NCBI GenBank assembly: GCA_943788985.1
Contig: CALSSJ010000008.1
Span: forward strand, 1-38,531
Source: an uncultured Lentisphaerales bacterium
Lineage (GTDB): Bacteria; Verrucomicrobiota; Lentisphaeria; JABSQK01; UBA12247
DNA length: 38,531 nt
Direction of reading: 5' to 3'
Made by a program: the position numbers and the translations under genes. Of this stretch, positions 27,128-36,888 are shown in pieces. Each line of letters begins with the position of its first letter. The first letter of the stretch is position 1. The notes under the pieces were generated by a model. The model made no database searches, was not told the origin of the DNA, and saw only the letters and a list, made by a program, of their open reading frames with translations.

Positions 27128-28318
27128 TTATGAGGCTGTCGTGTCCGGGCGATCGGGCACGACGGCAAGTAACAACGGGAGCGCAATCAGCGCAACCGTT
27201 GCCTGAAGCTGCGCCTGAGACCAGGGCAGTGTGCAAGCAAGGCCGGCAATAGAAGTAGCTGCAAGTGCCAGATCAAAGACGCGCCGTTTCTGGGCGAACC
27301 GAGTGAGCCATAACACACTCCAGAGCATGGCCGTTGCGGAGATAGCAAACGCGCCGCCATGCCACAGCGGAATACCCACCACCCAGCCAGCGGCAAGGAT
27401 TGCGCACAGCATGCTGCGACGTACGCAGGCCAGGTGCATTGCCGCGGGCACTGCCGACGACCAAGCGATGCCGGCCGCCAGCGAGGGGGGAGAGAGCCGC
27501 GCCACAGCACACATCGCCACGATCATAATGGCCCAAGGCCAACGAGAGGCGGCGAGGCACTCGGCCATTCCCGGGACAGCGGCGACTTTTTTTCGTTCCG
27601 CGTCCAAGGGCATGAACCGCCAATATAGGGCTACGGCCAGAGCCTGGACACCGTCTTTCCAATTGATCTTTTTGCCCTCGTCCACCTTGCGAGGTGCGTA
27701 GCTGATCGGTACTTCGTGGATGTGAACGCCAAGGCGCAGCAGTTTGGCGGTGACCTCTGGCTCCCATTCAAACTTGTCGCCGCGAAAAAGAAGGGCACGA
27801 ATCAAACGCCCAGAGAATGTCTTGTAGCAAGTGGGCTCGTCGGTCATGCTGCTGCCGTAGAGCAGATTCATCCAGTAGGTGACTGCCAGGCCCCCCGCAT
27901 AAAAGGCGAAGGATGAGTGCAGACGATTGCGGGCGAACCGCTCGCGTGAGCCATAAACGACCAGTTCCTCGCCATTTAGAATGGGGGCGATGCAGGCCTC
28001 GTAGTCATTCGGATCATACTCCAAATCCGCGTCCTGGATGATGACGACATCACCATTTGACTGCTCGATACCAGCGCGGACCGCAGAGCCTTTTCCACCG
28101 TTTGCCTTATCTAGGAGAAAGACGTCGGCCTGTTGCTCCACATTGAGGGCTGCGAACCAAGCCTCGGCCAACTGACGGCTGTCGTCGGTCGAACCATCGT
28201 TCACGACGATGATCTCCCGCTTTACCGGTAGCGCGACATGCAGGACCCGATCCAATAGATCCGTCAGTGTGTCGGACTCGTTGTAGACAGGGATAATGAT
28301 AGACAGAGTTTTGATCAT
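27128..28318 (-). CDS. GT2 (DPM1/GtrB-like) glycosyltransferase with a hydrophobic C-terminal extension
   Basis: LSIIIPVYNE, VNDGSTD, NGGKGSA, QDADLEYDP, VYGSR, EVPISY.PR...GKKINWKDG. Confidence 0.9.
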   Translation of the reverse strand: MIKTLSIIIPVYNESDTLTDLLDRVLHVALPVKREIIVVNDGSTDDSRQLAEAWFAALNVEQQADVFLLDKANGGKGSAVRAGIEQSNGDVVIIQDADLEYDPNDYEACIAPILNGEELVVYGSRERFARNRLHSSFAFYAGGLAVTYWMNLLYGSSMTDEPTCYKTFSGRLIRALLFRGDKFEWEPEVTAKLLRLGVHIHEVPISYAPRKVDEGKKINWKDGVQALAVALYWRFMPLDAERKKVAAVPGMAECLAASRWPWAIMIVAMCAVARLSPPSLAAGIAWSSAVPAAMHLACVRRSMLCAILAAGWVVGIPLWHGGAFAISATAMLWSVLWLTRFAQKRRVFDLALAATSIAGLACTLPWSQAQLQATVALIALPLLLAVVPDRPDTTAS

Positions 28319-28418
28319 ACGCTGTACCCTCGCAGAGGTTGCGGATTCCGCAATCTCTCGCGCTGAACTGGCGTTCTCCCGCGAGCCCTCTGCCCCTGCG
28401 CCCGGTGGGGCTCTTCAC

Positions 28419-29505
28419 TCAGAGACTGCTCAGAAATTCGCCGAGCTGCGTGGCGGTTGCGGACTTCGCAGTTGTTACGTAGCGGCCTGCGTTTCCCGCG
28501 GCGATACGCAGGGCACCCGCAGGTTCCGCGCCCAGCAGCCAGCCATAGGCTAGTCCCGCATTGAAATGGTCGCCAGCGCCAGTGGATATCAGTGGCTTCT
28601 CGGTGTACGGCCCATGCGTGATGCAAGTACCATCTGCAGTCGCAATGACGGCGCGGTCCACAGGATGAATTGCGACTGCGGTAATACCAAGATGCTCGCG
28701 GAGGAGTGCGGCGCGCTGTTGGAGTTGGGCATCGCCTTCGCCTTCCGGTTCGAGACCGAGGACTTCGCAGAGATGCAGCCCCTCCTTGAGGTTGAGGCCG
28801 AGAATGACTTCGTAGAACGGCATGAAGCCGGGCAACCGGTCGCAGGCACGCTGGATGTCGGCATGGCTGCGTTTCTCCGGATCCGCGAGGTCCGCAAAAA
28901 GCACGCGTCGTTTCTCGCTCAAGGTGGGACAGATCTCTGCCTGCACCTTCACCCAAATCTCGTCCATATGCGGCAGGGAAGCCCAGTGGTTCAAGGCGAC
29001 CAGGTCGGCACGTTCGAACAAGGCCCCGGAGGGGCTCTACGCCAACGCGGTCCACGATCTGCTGATAGTCCAACGTGGGCAGACCTGCCTGGCGCTGAAA
29101 CATGATCTTGCCGTCTTCGAACTCGTAGGCGTCCGTGCGAGCGGCATCGCAAAGTGAGATGAGTTCACAGCGCCCTGCCATCTCTTGGAATACGGGATGG
29201 ATGCTGCCGTCTGCGGTAAATGCGCCGAGGCAGCTGAGCGGCAACCCGAGCTGAGCCAGCGAGTTGGCCATGATCGGGCCGTTACCCCCGAGTTTGTCGG
29301 CCTGGATATCGAGTTCCATAGCGGTGCTTTTCCCGCTGGCGCCGAGAATCCGCTGGCCAAATTGCCCGATGTTCCGGATGTGGATCTTCTTGCCGTTCTC
29401 GACGGAATCGACAACGCGAATGATCTGGTCCACGTACCCATCCAAGCCAATGAGCCCATAGAAAGTGTGCGGAGACTTGCTGAGAAGTGTGCTGGTCTGG
29501 CTCAT
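28419..29505 (-). CDS. PfkB-family carbohydrate kinase (one frameshift near 29022)
   Basis: N-part GLDGYVDQII, KLGGNGPIMAN; C-part in another frame with FADLADP and STGAGDHFNAG. Confidence 0.85.
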
Positions 29506-30581
29506 GCTTGAAGATAGCCCTGTGCGTGGAGCAATTCAGCGATCAGGACTGCGCCGCCTGCTGCACCTCGAACTGTGTTATGGCTCAAGGCGACTAGCTT
29601 GAAATCGAAGATGGCATCTGTCCGAAGGCAGCCAATGGCGACGCCCATGCCATTGCCGATATCGCGATCGAGCTTGGTTTGCGGGCGATCGTTCTCATCG
29701 AATAGTGTAACAAACGGCGTGGGGGCCGAAGGAAGGCCTAAACTCTGCGGGAGCCCGCCAGCGTTGGCCAGGCGCTCTCGGATCTCATCCAGAGGCAACT
29801 TTTTATGGCAGCGCACGGAGACTGCCGCCATGTGCCCGTCGCTGACCGGTACGCGAATGCATTGCGCGGAAATGACGGGCTCTTTGGCGCAAACCACGCG
29901 GCCATCAACCACGGCCCCAAGGATGCGAAGTGGCTCACGCTCGCTCTTGTCCTCTTCGCCGCCAATATACGGGATGACGTTGTCGACCATCTCGGGCCAA
30001 GAATCGAAGGTCTTCCCGGCACCCGATATCGCTTGATAGGTGACGACGGATACGGCTTCGAGCCCGCAGTCTGCGAGCGCGTGCAGCACCGGCATATAGG
30101 GCTGGATCGAGCAATTTGGTTTCACAGCGACAAAGCCACGCGTGGTGCCGAGACGCTTGCGTTGCGCCGCGATGACTTCGAAATGCTCAGGGTTCAACTC
30201 CGGTATGACCATCGGCACGTCTTCGGTCCAGCGATGCGCGGAGTTGTTCGACACGACGGGGCACTCGGCCTTAGCGTAGGCATCCTCGATCTCGCGAATT
30301 GCGGCCTTGTCGAGGTCCACCGCGCTGAACACAAAGTCCACTTCGGCGACCACGGCATCGACATCTGTCGCATTCAATACGGTCAACGAGGCCACGGAAG
30401 AGGGCAGGGCAGTAGGCATCACCCAGCGTCCTTCCACCGCTTCGGCATAGGTCTTGCCAGCGGAGCGTGGGCTTGCAGCCACAGCGGTCACAGTGAACCA
30501 AGGGTGATCTGCTAGAAGGTGAATAAAACGCTGGCCGACCATCCCGGTCGCGCCGATGATTCCTGCGCGAAGCTGTTTCAT
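29502..30581 (-). CDS. asd: Aspartate-semialdehyde dehydrogenase
   Basis: GATGMVGQRF, HPWF, SNNSAHR, KPNCS, TYQAISGAG, RVPVSDGH, SHNTVRGAAGG. Confidence 0.95.
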   Translation of the reverse strand: MKQLRAGIIGATGMVGQRFIHLLADHPWFTVTAVAASPRSAGKTYAEAVEGRWVMPTALPSSVASLTVLNATDVDAVVAEVDFVFSAVDLDKAAIREIEDAYAKAECPVVSNNSAHRWTEDVPMVIPELNPEHFEVIAAQRKRLGTTRGFVAVKPNCSIQPYMPVLHALADCGLEAVSVVTYQAISGAGKTFDSWPEMVDNVIPYIGGEEDKSEREPLRILGAVVDGRVVCAKEPVISAQCIRVPVSDGHMAAVSVRCHKKLPLDEIRERLANAGGLPQSLGLPSAPTPFVTLFDENDRPQTKLDRDIGNGMGVAIGCLRTDAIFDFKLVALSHNTVRGAAGGAVLIAELLHAQGYLQA

Positions 30582-30680
30582 AAATTTCTCTCCTTGAAGA
30601 ACGGCTCCCTTTCCCTTGGAGCACGAGCGCGCGAACTTACCGGGCTACGCGCAGTCCGCAATCAGGGAAGGCCCGAGGCC

Positions 30681-32633
30681 TCAAACAGAATGCCCGTCAC
30701 GGTATGGGGCCGGGGGAGGCGCAATTCGCAGAAAGAGGAGCAGGAAAAGACCAAGGCTAGCCGCCAAGCAGCGGACCAATAACGGCGCAGGGCCCGGAGG
30801 AACAATCAGGCAGATGGCGGCTAAAGCCAGGATTCCGCGTGCCCCGGCGGGCACGAGTCGGCAGCAGTAGCCAGTGACGGCCACGGCCAGGAGCAAGACG
30901 CCAAAGGCGCAGGCAGCAATGTTCTCGAGAGCTGGCCACAGCAAGCCATTCTCCTCGGGAATCAACAACAGCGAAGGATGCAGCACAAACGCGTAGGGAA
31001 GGATGAAGCCGGTCAAGGCAAAGAGAAAGGCGCAGGCGGCTGTCTGCATAATGGGAGCCTCAGAGATGGCCGCTGCGGTGTAGGCTGCTAGCGCAACTGG
31101 CGGTGTGACCATGGACATCATGCCGAAGTAGAAGATGAAGAGGTGCGCAGCAAGCGGCTCGATTCCCATATCCCCCAGAACCGGCCCCACGAATGTGGCC
31201 ATCAGTAGATAGCAGACCGCAGACGGGAGGCCCATCCCGAGGATGATCGTCGAGACCATGAGCAGGACGAGCGCCGCTCCCATGCTGTCCTGCGCAACTG
31301 GCAGCAACACACTCGGCAAGCGGGCGCCAATCCCAGTTAAGGTCACAACGCCGAGAATCACGCCCACGCAGGCCGTTGCAGCGATAAGAGAGACGCCGCC
31401 TTGGGCTGACTTACGCGCTGCTATGCCGATATCTTGCCAGTTCAGCCGGGTAGCGCGCTGGCTCTGTGCCGCGAGGAGAATCGCGAGCAAGGAGAGCGAG
31501 ACTGCTCTGGCCGGAGAATAGCCGAATAGTAGGGCGACTAGCAACGAGCCAAACGCTATGGCGCAGATGATGGCTCGGGGGCGGGACAATATGATCTTCT
31601 CCGGCTCAGCATCGGCAGCATCTGTGGCTCCAATGCGCTTGCTGTGGAAATGGACCACCAGTAGCAGGGAGAAATAATAAAGGATCGCGGGAATAGCGGC
31701 AGCGCGAATGATCTGCAAATAGGTGACCGATGGCTCGACCATCTCGAGCATCATGTAGGCGCCTGCTCCCATGATCGGCGGCATCAGCGCGCCACCAGAG
31801 CTTGCTGCGGCTTCGACCCCGGCAGCGGCGTGCGGCGAAAATCCGGAGCTTTTCATCATTGGGATGGTAAAGGTTCCGGTAGTTGCGGTATTCGCAACTG
31901 CGCTGCCAGAGAGGGAACCCATCATCCCGCTGCTGAGCACTGCGACCTTCGCCGGACCGCCGGGACTGTTCCAAAATAGCCTGCGCGCCAGGTCGATGAT
32001 GAAGCGGGTGGCACCAGTGCGTTCGAGTACGGCACCGAACAACACAAACGGAAAGACGTAGGAGAACATGACGTAGAGCGCCACGCCATAGATGCCAAGA
32101 TTTTGCAGCCCAGAGCGTACCGTGACGCGCGCCCAGTCGAAGCCACCGTGCGGAAACAGCCAGTCGGGCATCGTGCGGCCAAAGCGGGCATACAGCAAGA
32201 ACAAAACGGTAAGGATGGGCAAGGTCCAACCGACGGTCCTTCGCGCGGCTTCGAGTGCAATCAACAGGGCCAGCGTGCCAAACAGAACGTCGATCCCGGT
32301 TTCTGAGCCAGCGCGTCCGCCGATCGATTCGCCATCGATCCAAAGTGCTTGGAACAGAGGCTGGACTTGTACGAAGACATAGCCAAAGCTCACCACGGCC
32401 AGAACTGCGAGACTATGATCGACGGCCTTTTGCCAGGCGGAATCTCGCCAACGTTCGGACAGTGGAACGCTGAGAAACAGGTAACAGATTCCCAGCAGTG
32501 CGAACATCGCAAGCTGCCCTTGCGGCAACAGGGTTGGGCGATTGACTTCACACAGAACCAGTGCGCACAGCGCGACACCGATTCCACTCAAGATGTGCTG
32601 TCGTATGGGGCTGCTTGCGGGCACGTTATCCAT
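30681..32633 (-). CDS. TRAP transporter fused 4TM/12TM permease (TAXI type)
   Basis: LEAARRTVGW, GGPAKVAVLSSGMMGSLSGSAVAN, EAAASSGGALMPPIMGAGA, LGMGLP, AHLFIFYFG...TPPVALAAY. Confidence 0.93.
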   Translation of the reverse strand: MDNVPASSPIRQHILSGIGVALCALVLCEVNRPTLLPQGQLAMFALLGICYLFLSVPLSERWRDSAWQKAVDHSLAVLAVVSFGYVFVQVQPLFQALWIDGESIGGRAGSETGIDVLFGTLALLIALEAARRTVGWTLPILTVLFLLYARFGRTMPDWLFPHGGFDWARVTVRSGLQNLGIYGVALYVMFSYVFPFVLFGAVLERTGATRFIIDLARRLFWNSPGGPAKVAVLSSGMMGSLSGSAVANTATTGTFTIPMMKSSGFSPHAAAGVEAAASSGGALMPPIMGAGAYMMLEMVEPSVTYLQIIRAAAIPAILYYFSLLLVVHFHSKRIGATDAADAEPEKIILSRPRAIICAIAFGSLLVALLFGYSPARAVSLSLLAILLAAQSQRATRLNWQDIGIAARKSAQGGVSLIAATACVGVILGVVTLTGIGARLPSVLLPVAQDSMGAALVLLMVSTIILGMGLPSAVCYLLMATFVGPVLGDMGIEPLAAHLFIFYFGMMSMVTPPVALAAYTAAAISEAPIMQTAACAFLFALTGFILPYAFVLHPSLLLIPEENGLLWPALENIAACAFGVLLLAVAVTGYCCRLVPAGARGILALAAICLIVPPGPAPLLVRCLAASLGLFLLLFLRIAPPPAPYRDGHSV

Positions 32634-32785
32634 AGCAGGTTGGGTCCGCAATGGGAGGAACGAAGGGCAGGATCTGTAGTCCAACCCGTGCTGATTGCCA
32701 CGAACCTATAGCATACGGGCATGGCGCGGCTATGGTTTGTCAGCCTGCGCAATCCGACCAAACACAGGACAGGAATTCCCTCCGT

Positions 32786-33199
32786 ATGTCAAATGAGATC
32801 CCGATGGGGCTGGCGCTTGTCGTCTGCGATACCCACATCCAGGATAAACACACCAATAAACGGACCTTGGTGGGGCTGTTTGATCGGTTGTTTGCTGCCA
32901 AGTTTCCGTGTGTTCACCCCAAACTCAGCATTTTTGTATCCCTAACCAGTGGGCGCGGGGAGTGCGACTGCGAGGTGATGTGCAGACATGTAGACGGGAA
33001 GCACGTGGCGTTCTCGGTCAAGGGAAAAGTGCGGTTCAAGGATCCACTGCAGGTAGTGGAAATCGCGTTTGATGTGCAGGGCGTGCGCTTTGAAGAAGCC
33101 GGCGAATATTGGCTGGAATGCAAAGTTGATGATATACCGGTGATGATGCGGCGTATCTTCATTGTGAAGAAGGAAGCGAAGGCCCCGGAAGAAGACTGA
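32786..33199 (+). CDS. Small beta-rich hypothetical protein (DUF6941-like)
   Basis: ALVVCD...D..TNKRTLVGLF, FP..HP, F.EAGEYW pattern; TGATG coupling to the next gene. Confidence 0.65.
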   Translation: MSNEIPMGLALVVCDTHIQDKHTNKRTLVGLFDRLFAAKFPCVHPKLSIFVSLTSGRGECDCEVMCRHVDGKHVAFSVKGKVRFKDPLQVVEIAFDVQGVRFEEAGEYWLECKVDDIPVMMRRIFIVKKEAKAPEED

Positions 33200-34407
33200 T
33201 GGCACTGTATAAGTTCAAAGTTGCGAACTCCGCAGGAAAAGTGCAGGAGTTGCTGATTGAAGGCGATAACCAAACGGACGCGACCCGGCGGCTCAAAGCG
33301 CGCGGCGTGGTGCCGATTAAGTTTCTCGGTATGGGCGACGACGCTGGCGCTGCAGCAGGCGGCGGCTTTGGCTTCCGACGGAAGTTTGACCCTACGGCGT
33401 TCACTGACCGGCTAGTTCCGCTGCTTGAAGCGGATATTCAGCTTGAAAAGGCGCTGTCGATTGTAGAAGATACGGCCGAAAGCGATCACGAGCGCGAGTT
33501 GGTGTCTGGCCTGCGCCGCGGGCTGCATGAGGGCAAGCGGCTCTCCGTGCTGATCAAAAATCGCGGGCGAGACTTTCCCCGGATGTATTCCAGCATCATC
33601 GAAGCAGGAGAAGAAGCCGGGGCACTGCCACGCGTGATGGCTCAGCTGCGAGACTTCATGAAGATGTCGCGCGAAATGCGGGATTTCCTGATTTCCGCCA
33701 GTATTTACCCGATGGTGGTGGTGTTTGTCTGTATGGGGGTGATCATCTTCCTGCTCAGCGTGGTCGTGCCGAAGTTCGCGTCGGTGCTGGCGGGCAGCGG
33801 GGCTGCCCCTACAGGCTCGTTGGGCATACTCTTGATGTTGTCTGACTTGATGCAGGGCTATTGGTGGCTCAGCCTGGTAGGACTGGCAGGCATCCTGTTT
33901 CTGCTCCGTGAAATCATGCTCAAGGATGGGCCGATTAAGAAGAAGTGGGACGAAATCGTGCTCAAGCTTCCGCTACTGGGCAGAATGGTGCTGCTGGCGG
34001 AAATTGGCCGGCAAGTACGCACCATGGCCATTTTGATGCGTAGTGGCGTACATCTTCTGGACACGGTCGCGATCTCCGCACGCGTGTTGCAGAACCACAC
34101 CATTCGAGAATCAATCGACGGCTTAGCCAGTGGTCTGCGGCGGGGTGAACGACTTTCTCACGCGCTATCCAGAAGCGCCTATGTCCCCGTTTTTGTCGTG
34201 CGCATGCTCTCCGTGGGCGAGGAAACTGGCAATACCGACGAGATGCTTTCGCGGGTGGCTGATCGTTACGAGGAGGAGCTGCGAATTTCGATCAAGCGAG
34301 CTCTGTCCTGGTTCGAGCCGCTGGTGATTATCTTTCTAGGAGGCATCGTCGGGGCAGTCGTACTGGCTTTGTTTATGGGCGTGCTGGACATGCAGCAAAG
34401 CATCTAA
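33199..34407 (+). CDS. Type II secretion / type IV pilus inner-membrane platform protein (GspF/PilC family)
   Basis: AGEEAGAL, ASIYP, VVPKF, LKLPLLG, LMRSGV, VGEETG, FEPLVII. Confidence 0.93.
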   Translation: MALYKFKVANSAGKVQELLIEGDNQTDATRRLKARGVVPIKFLGMGDDAGAAAGGGFGFRRKFDPTAFTDRLVPLLEADIQLEKALSIVEDTAESDHERELVSGLRRGLHEGKRLSVLIKNRGRDFPRMYSSIIEAGEEAGALPRVMAQLRDFMKMSREMRDFLISASIYPMVVVFVCMGVIIFLLSVVVPKFASVLAGSGAAPTGSLGILLMLSDLMQGYWWLSLVGLAGILFLLREIMLKDGPIKKKWDEIVLKLPLLGRMVLLAEIGRQVRTMAILMRSGVHLLDTVAISARVLQNHTIRESIDGLASGLRRGERLSHALSRSAYVPVFVVRMLSVGEETGNTDEMLSRVADRYEEELRISIKRALSWFEPLVIIFLGGIVGAVVLALFMGVLDMQQSI

Positions 34408-34420
34408 GACCGAACGGCGC

Positions 34421-34445
34421 CTAGTGTGGGGATTGGGCAGTTTCC
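34421..34445 (+). mobile_element. Isolated IS630-like terminal sequence (CTAGTGTGG...)
   Basis: Same CTAGTGTG start as the 8354-8520 element; begins 14 bp after the gspF-family stop. Confidence 0.4.
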
Positions 34446-34521
34446 CAGTCCTTTTGACAGCATCCGAGCACACTCCGCCTTATCCCCGTTGTGACTCCCG
34501 CCGAGGCAGCCCTTGGGGCAG

Positions 34522-34855
34522 TCACTCGATAGCGAAGTGAGAAGCCCGAGCAAAAATCTCTGAAACCAACCCGTCGACCTCTTGCGAAAAATAAAAGCGA
34601 ACGACGGTCTTCTCAGCTGACACGCGGGCGCTGAGCTTCAACAGGCGCAAGCGGATCATCTGAAAGTTGGAACGTGCCAACCGCGTGCCAGCAAATAGGC
34701 GCTCTCGAAGGCGGTGCATTATGATGTAGGCGGCGGAGTGCAGCATCAACCGAAACTGGTTGGCCAGGTGCTCCCGTCAACTCAAATGATCGGAGAACGA
34801 GTAACACTTGTGCTCCTTAATCATCAATTCGGCGTCGGCGCGAACTCAATACACC
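34522..34855 (-). pseudogene. IS1380-family transposase C-terminal remnant
   Basis: Y*VRADAELMIKEHK...DHLS*REHLANQFRLMLHSAAY...GTRLA...IRLRLLKLSARV resembles the IS1380 C-terminus; two in-frame stops; N-terminal part absent. Confidence 0.8.
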
Positions 34856-34869
34856 CACGTCAGTATCGG

Positions 34870-35340
34870 AAAGTAAGGGGCTGCTGTCATCCCCCCCCAA
34901 TTGACCTTACCCCCACCGGTGATTCTGAAAGGGCAATGGACGCGCGTGGTTTGCGACGCGGGAGGCGCCGGTCGAACTCTATCTCTGTGCCGTCGGAGGG
35001 TGGCGATCGTCTCCTCCCTACAATGACGGTAGCTGAAGGATTCTCTACCGGCACTGTTTTGACAGACCAGCCCACATTTGAAATCCCTGTTTTTTTTCTG
35101 CGATCAGCTCCGCCGGAACCCGCCGCGCCGCCAACCCCATTGTGGACTCCATGCACGATCTTAAGGGGCCGGCACGCCTTCGGCGGGGGAATCGTTGTGC
35201 CAGGGGCGCCGGGGCACAAGTATAGCCGTGACAGAGGATCGGTAGCTGTGGGGCCACTCTGGCGTCGCACGGCGTTGCTTAGGGCTGCCCGTCATCGTAG
35301 CCACTGAGGAGATCATCCCAGATAATATTGGTGTTTGAAA
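34870..35340 (-). pseudogene. Degraded pilin-like (DUF1559 / H-X9-DG type) gene remnant
   Basis: Across shifting frames: IWDDLLSGYD, RLYLCPG, VENPSATVIVG and a possible H..GKVNW..DD near 34885-34920; no prepilin leader visible. Confidence 0.4.
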
Positions 35341-35546
35341 CCCGGCTTACATCGCTTGAGGAGGGGCGCGCTCATTTGCAATATGTACAATTCAGTTTGC
35401 GCCTATTCCCACCTGCCCGCCTTCGCCTAGCAGAATGCGTGCCTATCGCCTTCAAAATGTAAGACTGCGATTGCAGGCTCAAGGCCAATCAGTATAGTTC
35501 GGGGCAACCACAGTGCGTCATCTTAACTCCCTCAAAGCCAAGAACC

Positions 35547-36575
35547 ATGACCAAGCAGCCCAACCGCAGGACTAGTATGCGCGATGTCGCGCGGGAGGCT
35601 GGGGTTAGTGTAGGGAGTGTGTCGCACATACTCTCCGGGGGGGGATCTAAGTTTGCCCAAGCGACTGTGGCTCGCGTGCAGGAAACAGCGCTGCGTCTAA
35701 ATTACCGGCCGAACGCAGCAGCTCGCAGCATTTTTACCCGCCGCACCAAAATGGCGGGCGTGATGATTCCGGCCTCAGTTTTCTTTAGCTCGTTCTTAAA
35801 TTCATTGAATGCCACACTCCTGAAGGAGGGGCATGTGATGCTGCATACTTGGAACCCTGCGTCTGCAGCGGAGCCGGATGACCTCACCGAGAAGCAGATC
35901 GTGCATCAAATGGTGGAACGCGCTGTGGATGGTATCATCGTACGGCCAAGCTATGAGGAATTTGAACGCAGCTACTTCGAAGAAATTTGGCAACGACAAA
36001 TCCCAATGATTGTTGTGGATCGCGTGATGACCCTGTTCCAGACCGACTTTGTGGGTACGGATGACCTTGGCGTGGGCGAAATGGCGGCACGCTATCTGCT
36101 TGATCTCGGGCACCGAAAGTTGTTGTTCATCGGTTCACACACAAACTGTAGCACATCCAGTCTTCGCGGCCAAGGCTTCCGAAATCTTGTGAGCGAAGTG
36201 CCAATGGCAAGCTGTCAGTGCCAAGATAAAGGCAGCATGGAAGCGGTTGCCGAGTTGCTGCAAGCTCCCGGTCCGCCAACCGGAGTATTTTGTTATTCTG
36301 ATGGCTTGGCAAAGAAATTCCTGCAGTTCGCATCGGAGATGGGACTCGAGGCACCGCGTGATATATCAGTGATCGGCTGTGGTAATCTGCCAGGGCACTC
36401 TCTGCAACTCAGCACATTCAACCAGCAGCAGAGCGAAGTCGGGTACCGTGCCGCCGAACTCTATCTCAAGCGCGTCGCACAGTCCGAGCTTCCCAAGGCT
36501 CCCGAGACCATTCGGGTTCCTGCCATATTGGTGCCTCGAGCAACCACCGGGCCGCCTCCGGGCAGCGCTAGCTAA
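35547..36575 (+). CDS. LacI-family transcriptional regulator
   Basis: SMRDVAREAGVSVGSVSHIL, LNYRPNAAAR, VDGII, VGTDD, YLLDLGHR, PRDISVIG. Confidence 0.95.
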   Translation: MTKQPNRRTSMRDVAREAGVSVGSVSHILSGGGSKFAQATVARVQETALRLNYRPNAAARSIFTRRTKMAGVMIPASVFFSSFLNSLNATLLKEGHVMLHTWNPASAAEPDDLTEKQIVHQMVERAVDGIIVRPSYEEFERSYFEEIWQRQIPMIVVDRVMTLFQTDFVGTDDLGVGEMAARYLLDLGHRKLLFIGSHTNCSTSSLRGQGFRNLVSEVPMASCQCQDKGSMEAVAELLQAPGPPTGVFCYSDGLAKKFLQFASEMGLEAPRDISVIGCGNLPGHSLQLSTFNQQQSEVGYRAAELYLKRVAQSELPKAPETIRVPAILVPRATTGPPPGSAS

Positions 36576-36759
36576 GCCGCCCAAGCATCGGTTTTCCGCC
36601 GAGAACTGGTTTTCCGTCCGGCATCTTGTGGCTGCTAGCTGTGTATTATCTTTCGCTCTTCTACAGCACGATCCTCCGGGTAAGGCCCGTCGTATGGCCG
36701 GGGTCCGCCTCCAGGTCGTAGAGTTGAGCGATGAGACTTCCAGCCTTGACTTCTCCTCT

Positions 36760-36780
36760 CTCTCCAACTTACCACACTAG
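36760..36780 (-). mobile_element. Isolated IS630-like terminal sequence (...CCACACTAG)
   Basis: ACCACACTAG is identical to the last 10 bp of the 8354-8520 element. Confidence 0.4.
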
Positions 36781-36888
36781 CAGTCCGTGGATAAACAGCA
36801 GTAGGCCCGCTCGAAATTCAGCCCGCGAATGCCGAAGCAATTCATGCCCCTTTCAATCGCCCCATTATGGTGTTTGATCGGCACGTCC

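Noticed and set aside
28315..29021. Arg-rich C-terminal half of the 396-aa ORF 28315..29505
   Set aside because: Out-of-frame read-through; the real PfkB C-terminus is in the 28419..29021 frame.
36777..36810. IS1182/IS5-like end TAGCAGTCCGTGGATAAAC
   Set aside because: Only a vague resemblance, with no partner end or transposase.
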